DNA of 32,000 nucleotides from Candidatus Saccharimonadota bacterium (lineage in GTDB: Bacteria > Pseudomonadota > Gammaproteobacteria > Burkholderiales > Burkholderiaceae): assembly GCF_016593155.1 (NCBI RefSeq), contig NZ_AP023215.1:1-32000 (forward strand), read 5' to 3'. The translations under genes and the position numbers were made by a program. The notes beneath the pieces are model-generated. The model did not search any database and was not told the origin of the DNA. It was given only the letters and a program-made list of their open reading frames with translations. Shown here piece by piece: positions 1 through 9,555 of this stretch; position 1 is the first letter of the stretch, and each line of letters starts with the position of its first letter.

Positions 1-124
1 TATAAAAAATAATTTTATATCGACGTGTAAGTGAATATAATGAACTATAAACTGATTATTAAAATTATAAAATTTAAATATTATTTTAAAAAAAATATTA
101 ATTATAATCTTATAAGACGGTATT

Positions 125-152
125 TTTTTAATAAATTATTTTTAATAAATTA
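125..152. repeat. Perfect 14-bp tandem duplication (tttttaataaatta x2) just upstream of pmbA
   Basis: Read directly: 125-138 is identical to 139-152. The sequence is A/T only. Confidence 0.8.
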
Positions 153-165
153 AATCATAAAACAT

Positions 166-1545
166 ATGAACCCATTTATCAATAATAAATTAACATTTAT
201 TTATTCTAAAAGTGAATTTCAGCAATTAGCTCAAGACATGCTAAGTTATGCAAAAAAAATAGGAGCATCAAATTCATCAATTGAATTTAATGAAGGAGAC
301 GGTTTTTCTGTATTTGTTCGAAAAGGTGAAATAGAAATTATTGAGCAAAATAAAAAAAAAAATATGAATGTAATTATTTATATACAAAATGGAAAAAAGA
401 TATTTTATGGAAATGCTAGTACATCAGATTTTTGTAAAAAATCCTTATATAATACAATTAATTCCGCATATAATATAGCTCGTTTTACGGCTTCAGATAA
501 TTTTGCGGGATTACCTGATGAAGATACATTAGAAATGAATCCTCTTGATTTAAAATTATACACTCCATGGTTTTTATCAATAGAGGAGGCGAAATTAATT
601 GCTTATCGTTGTGAAAATGAAGCATTTAATTTTGATTCTCTTATTGTTAATCACGAAAATACAAGCGTCACTACACAACAATCACATTTTTTATTAGCTA
701 ATAGTTATGGATTTATGCATGGTTATCCATTTTCTAGGCATATTATTTCTATATCTCCAATAGCTGTAAAAGGAAAAGAAATGCAACGTGATTATTGGTA
801 TTCCTCAAATTCTGATCCTAGAAAATTAGATCAACCAGAAATAATTGGTTTTTATGCTGCTAAACGTGCAATTTCACGTCTTAAAGCTAAAAAACTTAGC
901 ACACGAAAATGTCCGATATTATTTGAAGCGCCCTTAGCGATTAAATTATTAAATATTTTTGCGCAGGCAATATCCGGCAATTCTCTTTATCGTAAATCTA
1001 CTTTTTTAGATAATTCATTAGGAAAAAAAATATTTAACTCACATATTCAGATTATAGAAGATCCTCATATTTTAGGTGCATTTGGTTCTTCACCATTTGA
1101 TAATGAAGGGGTGAAAACTCAAAAACGTTTAGTGGTTAAAAATGGTATAATTCAAGGATATTTTTTGTCAACTTATTCTGCCAAAAAACTTGGAATGAAA
1201 ACTACTGGAAATTCTGGAGGAGCACATCATTTAATTATGATTTCTAATAAAACTAAATCCTCAGATAATTTGAAAGAAATGTTAAAAAAAATGAATACAG
1301 GACTTTTGGTTACAGAATTAATAGGTGATGGTATAAATTATATTACTGGAGATTATTCAAAAGGAGCATTTGGTTATTGGATTGAAAATGGAGAAATTCA
1401 ATATTCTGTAGAAGAAATTACAATTGCCAGTAAAATACAAGATATGTTTAAACAAATTATTGCGATTGGTAGTGATGTTTTAACAAGAAACTCTAATACT
1501 AGTGGATCAATTTTAATTGAAAATATGATTGTTGCCGGCAATTAA
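166..1545 (+). CDS. pmbA: PmbA/TldE-family metalloprotease (TldD/PmbA family)
   Basis: 459-aa ORF, a length typical of PmbA. The C-terminal region (GLLVTELIG...INYITGDYSKGAFGYWIENGEI) matches the conserved PmbA/TldD C-terminal domain. Ends in TAA. Confidence 0.85.
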   Translation: MNPFINNKLTFIYSKSEFQQLAQDMLSYAKKIGASNSSIEFNEGDGFSVFVRKGEIEIIEQNKKKNMNVIIYIQNGKKIFYGNASTSDFCKKSLYNTINSAYNIARFTASDNFAGLPDEDTLEMNPLDLKLYTPWFLSIEEAKLIAYRCENEAFNFDSLIVNHENTSVTTQQSHFLLANSYGFMHGYPFSRHIISISPIAVKGKEMQRDYWYSSNSDPRKLDQPEIIGFYAAKRAISRLKAKKLSTRKCPILFEAPLAIKLLNIFAQAISGNSLYRKSTFLDNSLGKKIFNSHIQIIEDPHILGAFGSSPFDNEGVKTQKRLVVKNGIIQGYFLSTYSAKKLGMKTTGNSGGAHHLIMISNKTKSSDNLKEMLKKMNTGLLVTELIGDGINYITGDYSKGAFGYWIENGEIQYSVEEITIASKIQDMFKQIIAIGSDVLTRNSNTSGSILIENMIVAGN

Positions 1546-2158
1546 CGGTAAAATAAAAATAAATAAAAATTTAATTTTATTCATATCATAAAAATATTTT
1601 ATAAATAACCAAGAAAATATATAAAATATAATTAATATATATTATTTCGTTTTATGAGAAATAATTTTTTATAAAAAAAACGATTTACCAAAATTATTTA
1701 TTATTAGTTTTTGGGATATTGGTATGTGCTTATTGAATTTATTAAATAAACATTTTAATAATTTTATGTGTTTCAGAAATATATTCTAAGTCTAGGTTTC
1801 TATTAAAGAACTTAAAAAAATAAAATAGGAGCATTAGTAACCTTAGAGGATGTATTTATTAATCATATTCATATTAATATTTAGTAAGATTGATTATATT
1901 TTTCGGTAAATAAATGATTACCATTAGGTGGTGTATAATATCATAGATAATAGTAATTTGAAAATGGCTGATTATTTTGATATGATATCTAATTTATTTA
2001 AATTACCTAAGTTCCGATATTTTTTTATTTTTAATTAAAAAATTAAAAAAATATATCATCATCTTTATTGTTATTTATTTCAGAATAAAAGCATATATAA
2101 TAAAGAATTAAAAAAAACTAAAATTTACATTTTACTATTCAAGTATTAATGATTTTTT

Positions 2159-2182
2159 TACCAAGAACAATACCAAGAACAA
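2159..2182. repeat. Perfect 12-bp tandem duplication (taccaagaacaa x2)
   Basis: Read directly: 2159-2170 is identical to 2171-2182. Non-coding. Confidence 0.9.
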
Positions 2183-2273
2183 GAGTATTTTAAAATTAAA
2201 ATAAATTGTATTAATTTTATTTGAGTATAAAAAGGAAGACTAGTTGAGATTCCATTAAAAATTTTTATAGTTG

Positions 2274-2347
2274 CCTGCCTTACTGGAGTTGAACCAGTAA
2301 CCTATGCCTTAGAAGGGCATTGCTCTATCCGGTTAAGCTAAAGGCAG
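2274..2347 (-). tRNA. tRNA-Arg (anticodon UCU)
   Basis: Cloverleaf folded by hand from the reverse complement: acceptor CTGCCTT/AAGGCAG, D arm GCTT..GAGC, anticodon stem ATGCC/GGCAT with loop CTTCTAA, T arm ACTGG-TTCAACT-CCAGT, discriminator G. No encoded CCA. Confidence 0.9.
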
Positions 2348-2499
2348 GAAATAATAATTTATAAATATTTTTTGAAGAATATACGATTGAATAATTTATA
2401 AAAAATAAAATAATTTATTTATGATTGATAAAATAATTTTTTTATATTTTTACATAGTTTAAAAAATTTTATAAATTAAAATTATTTGTATTTTTTATA

Positions 2500-2572
2500 C
2501 TCCCCGACCTGGGCTCGAACCAGGGACCTGCGGATTAACAGTCCGTCGCTCTACCAACTGAGCTATCAGGGA
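2500..2572 (-). tRNA. tRNA-Asn (anticodon GUU)
   Basis: The reverse complement TCCCTGATAGCTCAGTTGGTAGAGCGACGGACTGTTAATCCGCAGGTCCCTGGTTCGAGCCCAGGTCGGGGAG folds as a cloverleaf with loop CTGTTAA and closely resembles E. coli tRNA-Asn. There is one A27-C43 mismatch. No encoded CCA. Confidence 0.92.
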
Positions 2573-2671
2573 TAATAAAAAATAACTGAGATTTTAAATT
2601 CTCACTAAAAATTATAATTTTGTCAAGATAATATATTTTTCAAAAATATTACTATTATAGTATTACTATAT

Positions 2672-2701
2672 ATTTACCTGAATAAAATTTACCTAAATAA
2701 A
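2672..2701. repeat. Near-perfect 15-bp tandem duplication (atttacctGaataaa / atttacctAaataaa)
   Basis: Read directly: one substitution between the two copies. Non-coding. Confidence 0.75.
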
Positions 2702-3188
2702 AATTTTTTGTACTAATTTTATAAAAAATAAATAAAAGTTCTTAATAAAAATTAAAATAAAAATTTTTTAAAATTAAGTAATATTTATAAAATTTCAGAA
2801 ATTGTATTTATACAATATTAATATTTTTAGTATTTAAAGTTGCAATATAAATTTGATTAATTATTATTGGTATAAAATAGAAAATTTAGATTATAAATAC
2901 TTTATTTTTAATTTCGTAAAATTTAAATAGAAAAATATACTTTTTTTATTTATAAATTCAAAATCATAAATAGGTACTTTAGTTTTTAATTTTTCAACAA
3001 ATAATTTTCGTATTTTATAAGGTGCATTTTTACATAATTTTCAATTCTTTTTTCCATAATATACTTAATTCTGAAGAATTTAATATTGTTTCTATTATTT
3101 TTGCGCCATGTAATTAGTTGGGTTTTAAATAATTTATTCTTAATACGTTTTATTTACGAAAGAATACAGAAATCCTTTTTTCTATTTT

Positions 3189-3216
3189 TAGTAACAATAC
3201 TTTAGTAACAATACTT
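3189..3216. repeat. Perfect 14-bp tandem duplication (tagtaacaatactt x2)
   Basis: Read directly: 3189-3202 is identical to 3203-3216. Non-coding. Confidence 0.9.
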
Positions 3217-3414
3217 AATGAACTAACTTTTCCCCCGTATAATTAAAATGATTTTGAAAATGAATTTACAATAAATAAATTTTAGATTTAATAAAATAAT
3301 TAATAATTTTACTATTTTACTCAAAGTTATTACTAAAACCTTTATAAGCTAAAAAATCAGATGATTCAAAATAATAAATGATGATTTTTTCAGATAAGGT
3401 TATTAATAATATTA

Positions 3415-3454
3415 ATATATATTTATACATTAAAATATATATTTATACATTAAA
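3415..3454. repeat. Perfect 20-bp tandem duplication (atatatatttatacattaaa x2)
   Basis: Read directly: 3415-3434 is identical to 3435-3454. It lies inside the low-complexity 61-aa ORF 3378..3563, which I regard as spurious. Confidence 0.9.
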
Positions 3455-3964
3455 AATAAGAATTTTTTTTAAAAAATCAGCATCAATTTTTAAAGAACCA
3501 GTACTTTTAATGAATCATAGTAATTATTTTTTTCTTCTGAAATTTTTAAAAAAATATTATTGAATATTATTTTTTTACTATTTAATTATAAGTTGAAATA
3601 CCGTTAAAGTGGAATAATATTATTATCATTATAATAAAACCTCTACTCTAAGATTAATTTTTAATAGATTTTTATCTGTATTAAATTTTTTTATAATAAA
3701 AAAAATTGGATCATGAGAAGTTTTTTTAATCGAAGAAAATAATGTTGATATCGAAAAAGAGATTATTTTATTCATCTAAAATTTGATATTAAAAATCAAA
3801 CAATATCTGTTTTGATTTTATTTAATTTATATTAAAATTCAATTTTTGATATATATTAAGATTTAATAGTTTTAAAATTTTTATAAAAACTGTAAAATAT
3901 TAAAAAATATTATATTATATATAAAGGTTTTAAAATTTCGCTATTTCATAAAAACTATATATAC

Positions 3965-5224
3965 ATGAATTCTGAAATTAAAAAAAATTATTTATTGAAC
4001 GAATTTAAAATAAAAAATTTTCCAATATATATGGATTATTCAGCTACCACACCAATTGATCCCCGTGTTGTTGATAAAATGATTCCATATCTTCGTATTC
4101 AATTTGGTAATTCTGCCTCACGTAATCATATATATGGTTGGACCGCAGAAAAAGCAATAGAAGAAGCCCGTAATGAAGTTTCTCAATTAATTTATGCTGA
4201 TCCAAGAGAAATTATATGGACTTCTGGTGCTACAGAAAGTAATAATTTAGCAATTAAAGGTGCTGCTTATTTTTATAAAAAACGAGGGAAACATATTATT
4301 ACAGTACAAACTGAACATAAGTCTGTGCTTGATTCTACTAGAAAACTTGAGCATGAGGGTTTTAGAGTTACGTATTTGAAACCCAAAAATAATGGATTAA
4401 TTACTCTTTCTCAATTAGAGAAGAAGATTTGCTCTGACACTATTTTAGTTTCTGTTATGTTAGTAAATAATGAAATTGGAGTTATACAACCAATTTTAGA
4501 AATTGGTGAATTATGTCGATCAAAAGGTATTATTTTTCATTGTGATGCAGCGCAAGCTACTGGAAAAATTGATATTAATCTCCAGAATTGTAAAGTTGAT
4601 CTAATGAGTTTTTCTGCACATAAAACATATGGACCTAAAGGCATTGGAGCTTTATATATACGAAGAAATCCTCGAATTCGTATAGAGGCTCAAATTCATG
4701 GAGGTGGTCATGAGCATGGTTTACGTTCTGGAACATTAGCTACTCATCAAATTGTAGGAATGGGCGAAGCATTTCGTTTGGCTCGTATAGAAATGATAGA
4801 AGAATTAAAGCGTATATTCTTTTTGCAAAAACGTTTATATAATGGATTAATGAAATCTATTGAAGAAATTTATATTAATGGTGATATGAATAATCGCATT
4901 CCTCATAATTTAAATATTAGTTTTAATTTTATAGAAGGTGAATCACTTTTGATGGCAATAAAAGATATTGCTGTATCATCTGGATCAGCATGTACTTCAG
5001 CAAGTTTAGAGCCATCTTATGTGTTACGAGCATTAGGATGTAATGATGAATTAGCTCATAGTTCAGTAAGATTTACAATTGGCCGTTTTACTACTGAAAA
5101 AGAAATTGACTTCACTATTAAATTATTAAAAATTAAAGTTAAAAAATTACGAGAATTATCTCCTTTATGGGATATGTATAAAGAAGGAATCGATCTTCAT
5201 AAAATTAAATGGGCTATTCATTAA
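3965..5224 (+). CDS. iscS: Cysteine desulfurase IscS (PLP-dependent, ISC Fe-S assembly)
   Basis: [25 protein letters not shown]-terminal signature, [15 protein letters not shown] (PLP lysine), and [21 protein letters not shown] (active-site Cys loop). The ORF carries about 15 extra N-terminal residues compared with typical IscS. An in-frame TTG at 3995 is an alternative start. No clear SD precedes either start. Confidence 0.95.
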   Translation: MNSEIKKNYLLNEFKIKNFPIYMDYSATTPIDPRVVDKMIPYLRIQFGNSASRNHIYGWTAEKAIEEARNEVSQLIYADPREIIWTSGATESNNLAIKGAAYFYKKRGKHIITVQTEHKSVLDSTRKLEHEGFRVTYLKPKNNGLITLSQLEKKICSDTILVSVMLVNNEIGVIQPILEIGELCRSKGIIFHCDAAQATGKIDINLQNCKVDLMSFSAHKTYGPKGIGALYIRRNPRIRIEAQIHGGGHEHGLRSGTLATHQIVGMGEAFRLARIEMIEELKRIFFLQKRLYNGLMKSIEEIYINGDMNNRIPHNLNISFNFIEGESLLMAIKDIAVSSGSACTSASLEPSYVLRALGCNDELAHSSVRFTIGRFTTEKEIDFTIKLLKIKVKKLRELSPLWDMYKEGIDLHKIKWAIH

Positions 5225-5310
5225 TTTAATTAAGATATGAATTTTAATTAAAATTTTTAGTTGAATTTCTTTAAAAGTAAATAATTTTTATTTTTTATAA
5301 AGGAATTTTT

Positions 5311-5694
5311 ATGTCTTATTCAAAAAAAGTATTAGATCATTATGAAAATCCACGTAATGTTGGTGTATTTGAAAAAAATGATAATACAGTTGGCACTGGA
5401 ATGGTTGGTGCTCCAGCTTGTGGTGATGTAATGAAATTACAAATTAAAGTAAATAAAAATGGGATAATTACTGATGCTAAATTTAAAACTTATGGATGTG
5501 GTTCAGCTATAGCCTCTTCATCTTTAGTAACAGAATGGGTTAAAGGTAAAACATTAGATGAAGCAATGTCAATAAAAAATACTGATATTGCGGAAGAATT
5601 AGTACTTCCTCCATTAAAAATACATTGTTCTATTTTAGCTGAAGATGCAATTAAATTAGCGATAGAGTCTTATAAAAATAAACAAAAAATATAA
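5311..5694 (+). CDS. iscU: Fe-S cluster assembly scaffold IscU
   Basis: MSYSKKVLDHYENPRNVG, GAPACGDVMKL, YGCGSAIASSS, and LPPLKIHCS (the LPPVK-type HscA-binding motif plus the third Cys). SD aagga lies upstream. Confidence 0.96.
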   Translation: MSYSKKVLDHYENPRNVGVFEKNDNTVGTGMVGAPACGDVMKLQIKVNKNGIITDAKFKTYGCGSAIASSSLVTEWVKGKTLDEAMSIKNTDIAEELVLPPLKIHCSILAEDAIKLAIESYKNKQKI

Positions 5695-5723
5695 AAAATT
5701 AAATAATTTAATTTTTATAAAAA

Positions 5724-6047
5724 ATGGAAATCAAAGTTACTAAAAAAGCAGTAAAATATATTAATAAATATATACAAAAAAGAGGAAAGGGTATTGGTTT
5801 ACGATTAGGTGTTTATAATAGCGGTTGCTCTGGGCTCTCTTATAAATTAGAATATGTAGATGAACCAAAAAAAGAAGATAAAATATTTAAATTAAATGGT
5901 ATAAAAATATTTATTAATAAAAAAGATTTTTTATATCTTAATGGTATAGAATTAGATTTTGAATTTGATGGATTAAATAAAGGATTTAAATTTAAAAATC
6001 CAAATATTAAAAATAAATGTGGTTGTGGGAAAAGTTTTCAAATTTAA
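5724..6047 (+). CDS. iscA: Fe-S cluster insertion protein IscA (A-type carrier)
   Basis: 107 aa with SGCSGLSY and the C-terminal CGCGKSF motif. Its position between iscU and hscB fits. Confidence 0.93.
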   Translation: MEIKVTKKAVKYINKYIQKRGKGIGLRLGVYNSGCSGLSYKLEYVDEPKKEDKIFKLNGIKIFINKKDFLYLNGIELDFEFDGLNKGFKFKNPNIKNKCGCGKSFQI

Positions 6048-6081
6048 AAAATATTCTTATTAATTAATAAATCATTAAAAT

Positions 6082-6597
6082 ATGAAAAATTATTTCAATT
6101 TTTTTAATTTACCTAAATGTTTTAATATTGATATGGATTTACTTGATGAAACCTATTATAATTTTCAAAAAAAAATACATCCAGATAATTTTATTCAAAA
6201 ATCGAAAATTGATCAAGAGACTTCAATTAAATTATCTACATATTTAAATAAAGCATATTCGACATTAAGAGATCCATTTCTTCGATCTATTTATTTGTGT
6301 AAATTAAATGGAATTGATTTAAATACTCAATTAAATCCTAATTTTCCAAATGATTTTTTAGAACAACAAATAAAATGGCGGGAAACTCTTAATATAATAA
6401 AAAATAAAAAAGATAAGGTTGAGTTAAAAATTTTATCAAAAAAAATACGTAAAATAAGTAAAAAAGAAATGAGGATTATAGAAAATTTTATTGATAAAAA
6501 TAAGTATAATTTTGCAATATTAAATATACATAAATTAATGTTTTTAAAAAAATTTAATATTGAAATTAATAATGCATTTATTTTAATTGAATCTTAA
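6082..6597 (+). CDS. hscB: Co-chaperone HscB (J-domain protein)
   Basis: 171 aa. N-terminal J domain with an HPD motif (KKIHPDNF). Operon position fits. Confidence 0.9.
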   Translation: MKNYFNFFNLPKCFNIDMDLLDETYYNFQKKIHPDNFIQKSKIDQETSIKLSTYLNKAYSTLRDPFLRSIYLCKLNGIDLNTQLNPNFPNDFLEQQIKWRETLNIIKNKKDKVELKILSKKIRKISKKEMRIIENFIDKNKYNFAILNIHKLMFLKKFNIEINNAFILIES

Positions 6598-6618
6598 CTC
6601 AATAATACAATAAAATTT

Positions 6619-8175
6619 ATGGCATTACTTAAAATCTCAGAACCTGATGATATATTGGTTAAAAATAAATGCGTTTCAATTGGAATTGATTTTGGTACCA
6701 CTAATTCACTAGTGGCAATAGTTCGAAATAATATTCCAGAAGTATTAAAAGATAAGTATGGTTATTTCCTTATCCCATCAATTGTCCGTTATCTTCCTGG
6801 GGGAAAAATATATGTTGGAAAAAAAGCAAAAACAACACAAAATATTGACCCTAAAAATACTATTTCTTCTATTAAACGTTTTATAGCACGTAATTTAAAG
6901 GATATTGATGTAAATAATTTTCCTTATGATTTTCAAAATAAATTTGGAATGTTACATATTAAAACAATTTCTGGAATAAAAAGTCCAATTGAAATATCAG
7001 CTCAGATTTTTATTGCTCTAAAAAAGATAGTTGAAAATGCTATTAATAATAAAATATTTGGAGCGGTTATTACTGTACCTGCTTATTTTAATGATATTCA
7101 AAGACAATTTACTAAAAATGCCGCAAAATTAGCAGGATTAAATGTATTACGTTTATTAAATGAACCAACTTCTGCGGCTATAGCTTATAAATTAGACAAA
7201 AATATTTCTGAGGGTATTTTTGCTGTATATGATCTTGGGGGTGGGACGTTTGATATTTCAATTTTAAAATTTAAGAATGGTGTATTTAAAGTTTTATCTG
7301 TTGGAGGTGACTCAAATCTTGGAGGAGATGATTTTGATTATTGTTTATTTTCTTGGATTGTAAAAAACGCTTTTTTAAAAAAATTATCGTACAAAGATAT
7401 TAATACTTTAATGATCAAAGCGCGTGAAATTAAAGAATTATTGTCATATCAATATAGTGTTAAAATAAATGTTAAATTAAGTAGTAAAAAAATAGTTAAT
7501 ATAACTATTGATATGAAAAAATTTTTTATGATAACACAGCATTTGGTTAATAAAACTATTTTACTTTCTAGTAAAGCATTAAGAGACGCTAATTTAACCA
7601 TTAAAGATATTAATAACGTTATATTAGTTGGTGGTTCTACTCGTATGAAACATATTTATAAAGAAGTTAATAATTTTTTTAAAACTACTTTATTAACGAG
7701 CATAGATCCAGATAAAGCTGTAGTATTGGGTGCGGCGATGCAAGCTAATTTTTTAGTTGGCAATCGTAATATTGATAATAATTTTCTTTTACTTGATGTA
7801 ATTCCATTATCTTTAGGTATTGAAACTATTGGTGGTTTAGTAGAAAAAATTATTTTTCGTAATACCACTATCCCGTGTTCTTATTCTGGGGAATTTACAA
7901 CATTTAAAGATAATCAAACCGCAATAGCTATCAAAGTAGTTCAAGGTGAAGATGAATTAGTTAAAAATTGTCAGGTATTAGCGAATTTTGAGTTGCGTGA
8001 TATTCCTCCAATGCCCGCTGGTAGAGCTCGTATAAAAGTAACTTATCAAGTTGATGCAGATGGTTTATTATCAATTTTTGCATATGAAAAAATATCTGGG
8101 AAAAAAAAAATTATTACTATTAAACCATTTTATAATATGAATCTAGATGAAATAAAAAATAATTTAAAAAAATAA
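6619..8175 (+). CDS. hscA: Fe-S assembly chaperone HscA (Hsp70 family), C-terminally short
   Basis: MALLKISEP..., [72 protein letters not shown]. The protein is 518 aa, against roughly 616 aa for E. coli HscA (from memory). It ends just after the beta-sandwich substrate-binding subdomain. Confidence 0.93.
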   Translation: MALLKISEPDDILVKNKCVSIGIDFGTTNSLVAIVRNNIPEVLKDKYGYFLIPSIVRYLPGGKIYVGKKAKTTQNIDPKNTISSIKRFIARNLKDIDVNNFPYDFQNKFGMLHIKTISGIKSPIEISAQIFIALKKIVENAINNKIFGAVITVPAYFNDIQRQFTKNAAKLAGLNVLRLLNEPTSAAIAYKLDKNISEGIFAVYDLGGGTFDISILKFKNGVFKVLSVGGDSNLGGDDFDYCLFSWIVKNAFLKKLSYKDINTLMIKAREIKELLSYQYSVKINVKLSSKKIVNITIDMKKFFMITQHLVNKTILLSSKALRDANLTIKDINNVILVGGSTRMKHIYKEVNNFFKTTLLTSIDPDKAVVLGAAMQANFLVGNRNIDNNFLLLDVIPLSLGIETIGGLVEKIIFRNTTIPCSYSGEFTTFKDNQTAIAIKVVQGEDELVKNCQVLANFELRDIPPMPAGRARIKVTYQVDADGLLSIFAYEKISGKKKIITIKPFYNMNLDEIKNNLKK

Positions 8176-8315
8176 AAAAAGAATTAAAAAATAGAATTTT
8201 ATAGTAACATAATTTATGATAACATAAATAATATGAGTAATATAAGTAACAAAATTAAATTTAATATAATAAATTTTTAAAAAATAAATTTGTTTTCATT
8301 TTACAAATTATAAAT

Positions 8316-8645
8316 ATGTCACAAATTATTGTTTTACCTCATCCCATTCTTTGTAAAGATGGTGCTATTTTTAATGAAAATTCTGGTATTTCTTTATGTG
8401 ATGCATTATTAAAAAATTCAATTTTTATTGAGCATGCATGTGAAAAATCTTGCGCATGTGCTACTTGTCACATAATTATTAGAGAGGGCTTTACGAAAAT
8501 AAATCCAGCTAATGAAGTAGAAGAAGATATGCTAACTAAAGCATGGGGGTTAGAAGAAAATTCCAGATTATCTTGTCAAGTAATATTAGGATCATCAGAT
8601 TTAACTATTGAAATTCCAAGATATACAATAAATCAAGTTAAATAG
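8316..8645 (+). CDS. fdx: ISC-type [2Fe-2S] ferredoxin Fdx
   Basis: 109 aa with CEKSCACATCH plus SRLSCQV cysteine ligands. It follows hscA. It is the only TAG stop in the window. Confidence 0.93.
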   Translation: MSQIIVLPHPILCKDGAIFNENSGISLCDALLKNSIFIEHACEKSCACATCHIIIREGFTKINPANEVEEDMLTKAWGLEENSRLSCQVILGSSDLTIEIPRYTINQVK

Positions 8646-8701
8646 AATTATTTTTAAAAAATATAGATTTATAATTTTACAAAATATATAAAATTTTTAT
8701 T

Positions 8702-9427
8702 ATGGCTGGACATAGTAAATGGGCTAACATAAAAAGAAAAAAATTAATAGTTGATGCCAAACGAAGTAAAATATGGACTCGCATCATGAGAGAATTAAGA
8801 GTTGCTATTAATTTTGGTAATAATCCTGATACCAATATAAAATTACGTTTAGCTATTGAAAAAGCTTTAAACGCTAATATACCTAAAAATAACATTTTGC
8901 GCGCTATGCAAAAAAATAATAGCAATACCACAAATAAAAATTATACAGAAGTTCGATATGAAGGTTACGGTATTAATGGGTCTGCTATAATAATTGATTG
9001 TATTACTAATAATCGCATGCGTACAGTATCCGAAATACGTAATATTTTTAATAAAAATGGCGGAAATTTAAGTAAAGAAGGATCGGTATCATTTATGTTT
9101 AAACACTGTGGTCAATTATTATTTTCACCTAATGAAAAAAAATTTGCTTTATTGGATTTAGCTCTAGAAAAAGGCGCTGAAGATGTTTTAATAGATAAGG
9201 ATGATAAAATTATAATAATTACACCGCCCTCAAAATTTATAGAAATAAAAAATTCATTAGAAATACTTGGATTTAAATCGGAATTTTCTGGGATTTTAAT
9301 GAAACCACATACAAATATTGTATTTAAAGATGATGAAGCTATTAAATTTAAAAAATTTTTAAATGAATTAAAAAAGTTACATGATGTTAAAAAAATTTAT
9401 ACTAATGCAGTAACTCTTGATTTATAA
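8702..9427 (+). CDS. YebC/PmpR-family DNA-binding transcriptional regulator
   Basis: MAGHSKWANIKRKK N-terminus and 241-aa length are diagnostic of the YebC family. Confidence 0.92.
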   Translation: MAGHSKWANIKRKKLIVDAKRSKIWTRIMRELRVAINFGNNPDTNIKLRLAIEKALNANIPKNNILRAMQKNNSNTTNKNYTEVRYEGYGINGSAIIIDCITNNRMRTVSEIRNIFNKNGGNLSKEGSVSFMFKHCGQLLFSPNEKKFALLDLALEKGAEDVLIDKDDKIIIITPPSKFIEIKNSLEILGFKSEFSGILMKPHTNIVFKDDEAIKFKKFLNELKKLHDVKKIYTNAVTLDL

Positions 9428-9555
9428 ATTTATTAAAATAATTTAAATCGAATAAAAAATTTTTTATAAATAATTTAATTATTTGTGTGAAGTTAACTTA
9501 TACTACATTAAAAAATAAATAAATAACAATATTTTAAAATATATTAAGGAATTTA

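Noticed and set aside
2159-3454. Could the short direct repeats be a CRISPR array or degenerate IS ends?
   Set aside because: Each repeat is a simple two-copy head-to-tail duplication of a different sequence with no spacers. There is no repeated consensus unit, no cas or transposase ORF, and there are no inverted terminal repeats.
3378-3563. 61-aa ORF (MMIFSDKVINNINIYLYIKIYIYTLKI...)
   Set aside because: It has a low-complexity I/K/Y/N/F composition. It is partly encoded by the 20-bp tandem duplication. It has no SD and lies in the most A+T-rich DNA. It is most likely a chance ORF.
1546-3964. Replication origin or structured RNA gene (tmRNA, RNase P RNA, SRP RNA) hidden in the ORF-free stretch
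   Set aside because: I could find no TTATCCACA-type DnaA boxes, no additional T-loop (GGTTCGA-type) sequences beyond the two tRNAs, and none of the conserved GC-rich cores of RNase P or SRP RNA by eye. This is not definitive without a covariance-model search.
7656-7868. Antisense ORFs within conserved genes. The range given is the hscA one. The others are 8677..8931, 15656..15841, 15919..16146, 16546..16758, 17094..17279, 18677..18871, 22587..22817, 23844..24056, 27207..27515, 28297..28482, 29426..29713, 30142..30327 and 30765..30974.
   Set aside because: Each lies wholly or mostly opposite a highly conserved, confidently identified gene. None has a recognisable motif. They are the expected by-product of codon bias on the sense strand.
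8176-8315. Repeated gtaacataa / gataacataa / gtaatataa / gtaacaaaa motifs between hscA and fdx, considered as a regulatory site or a remnant of the hscA lid
   Set aside because: The copies are imperfect and irregularly spaced. Translation in the hscA frame gives no lid-like sequence. I cannot distinguish them from low-complexity drift.
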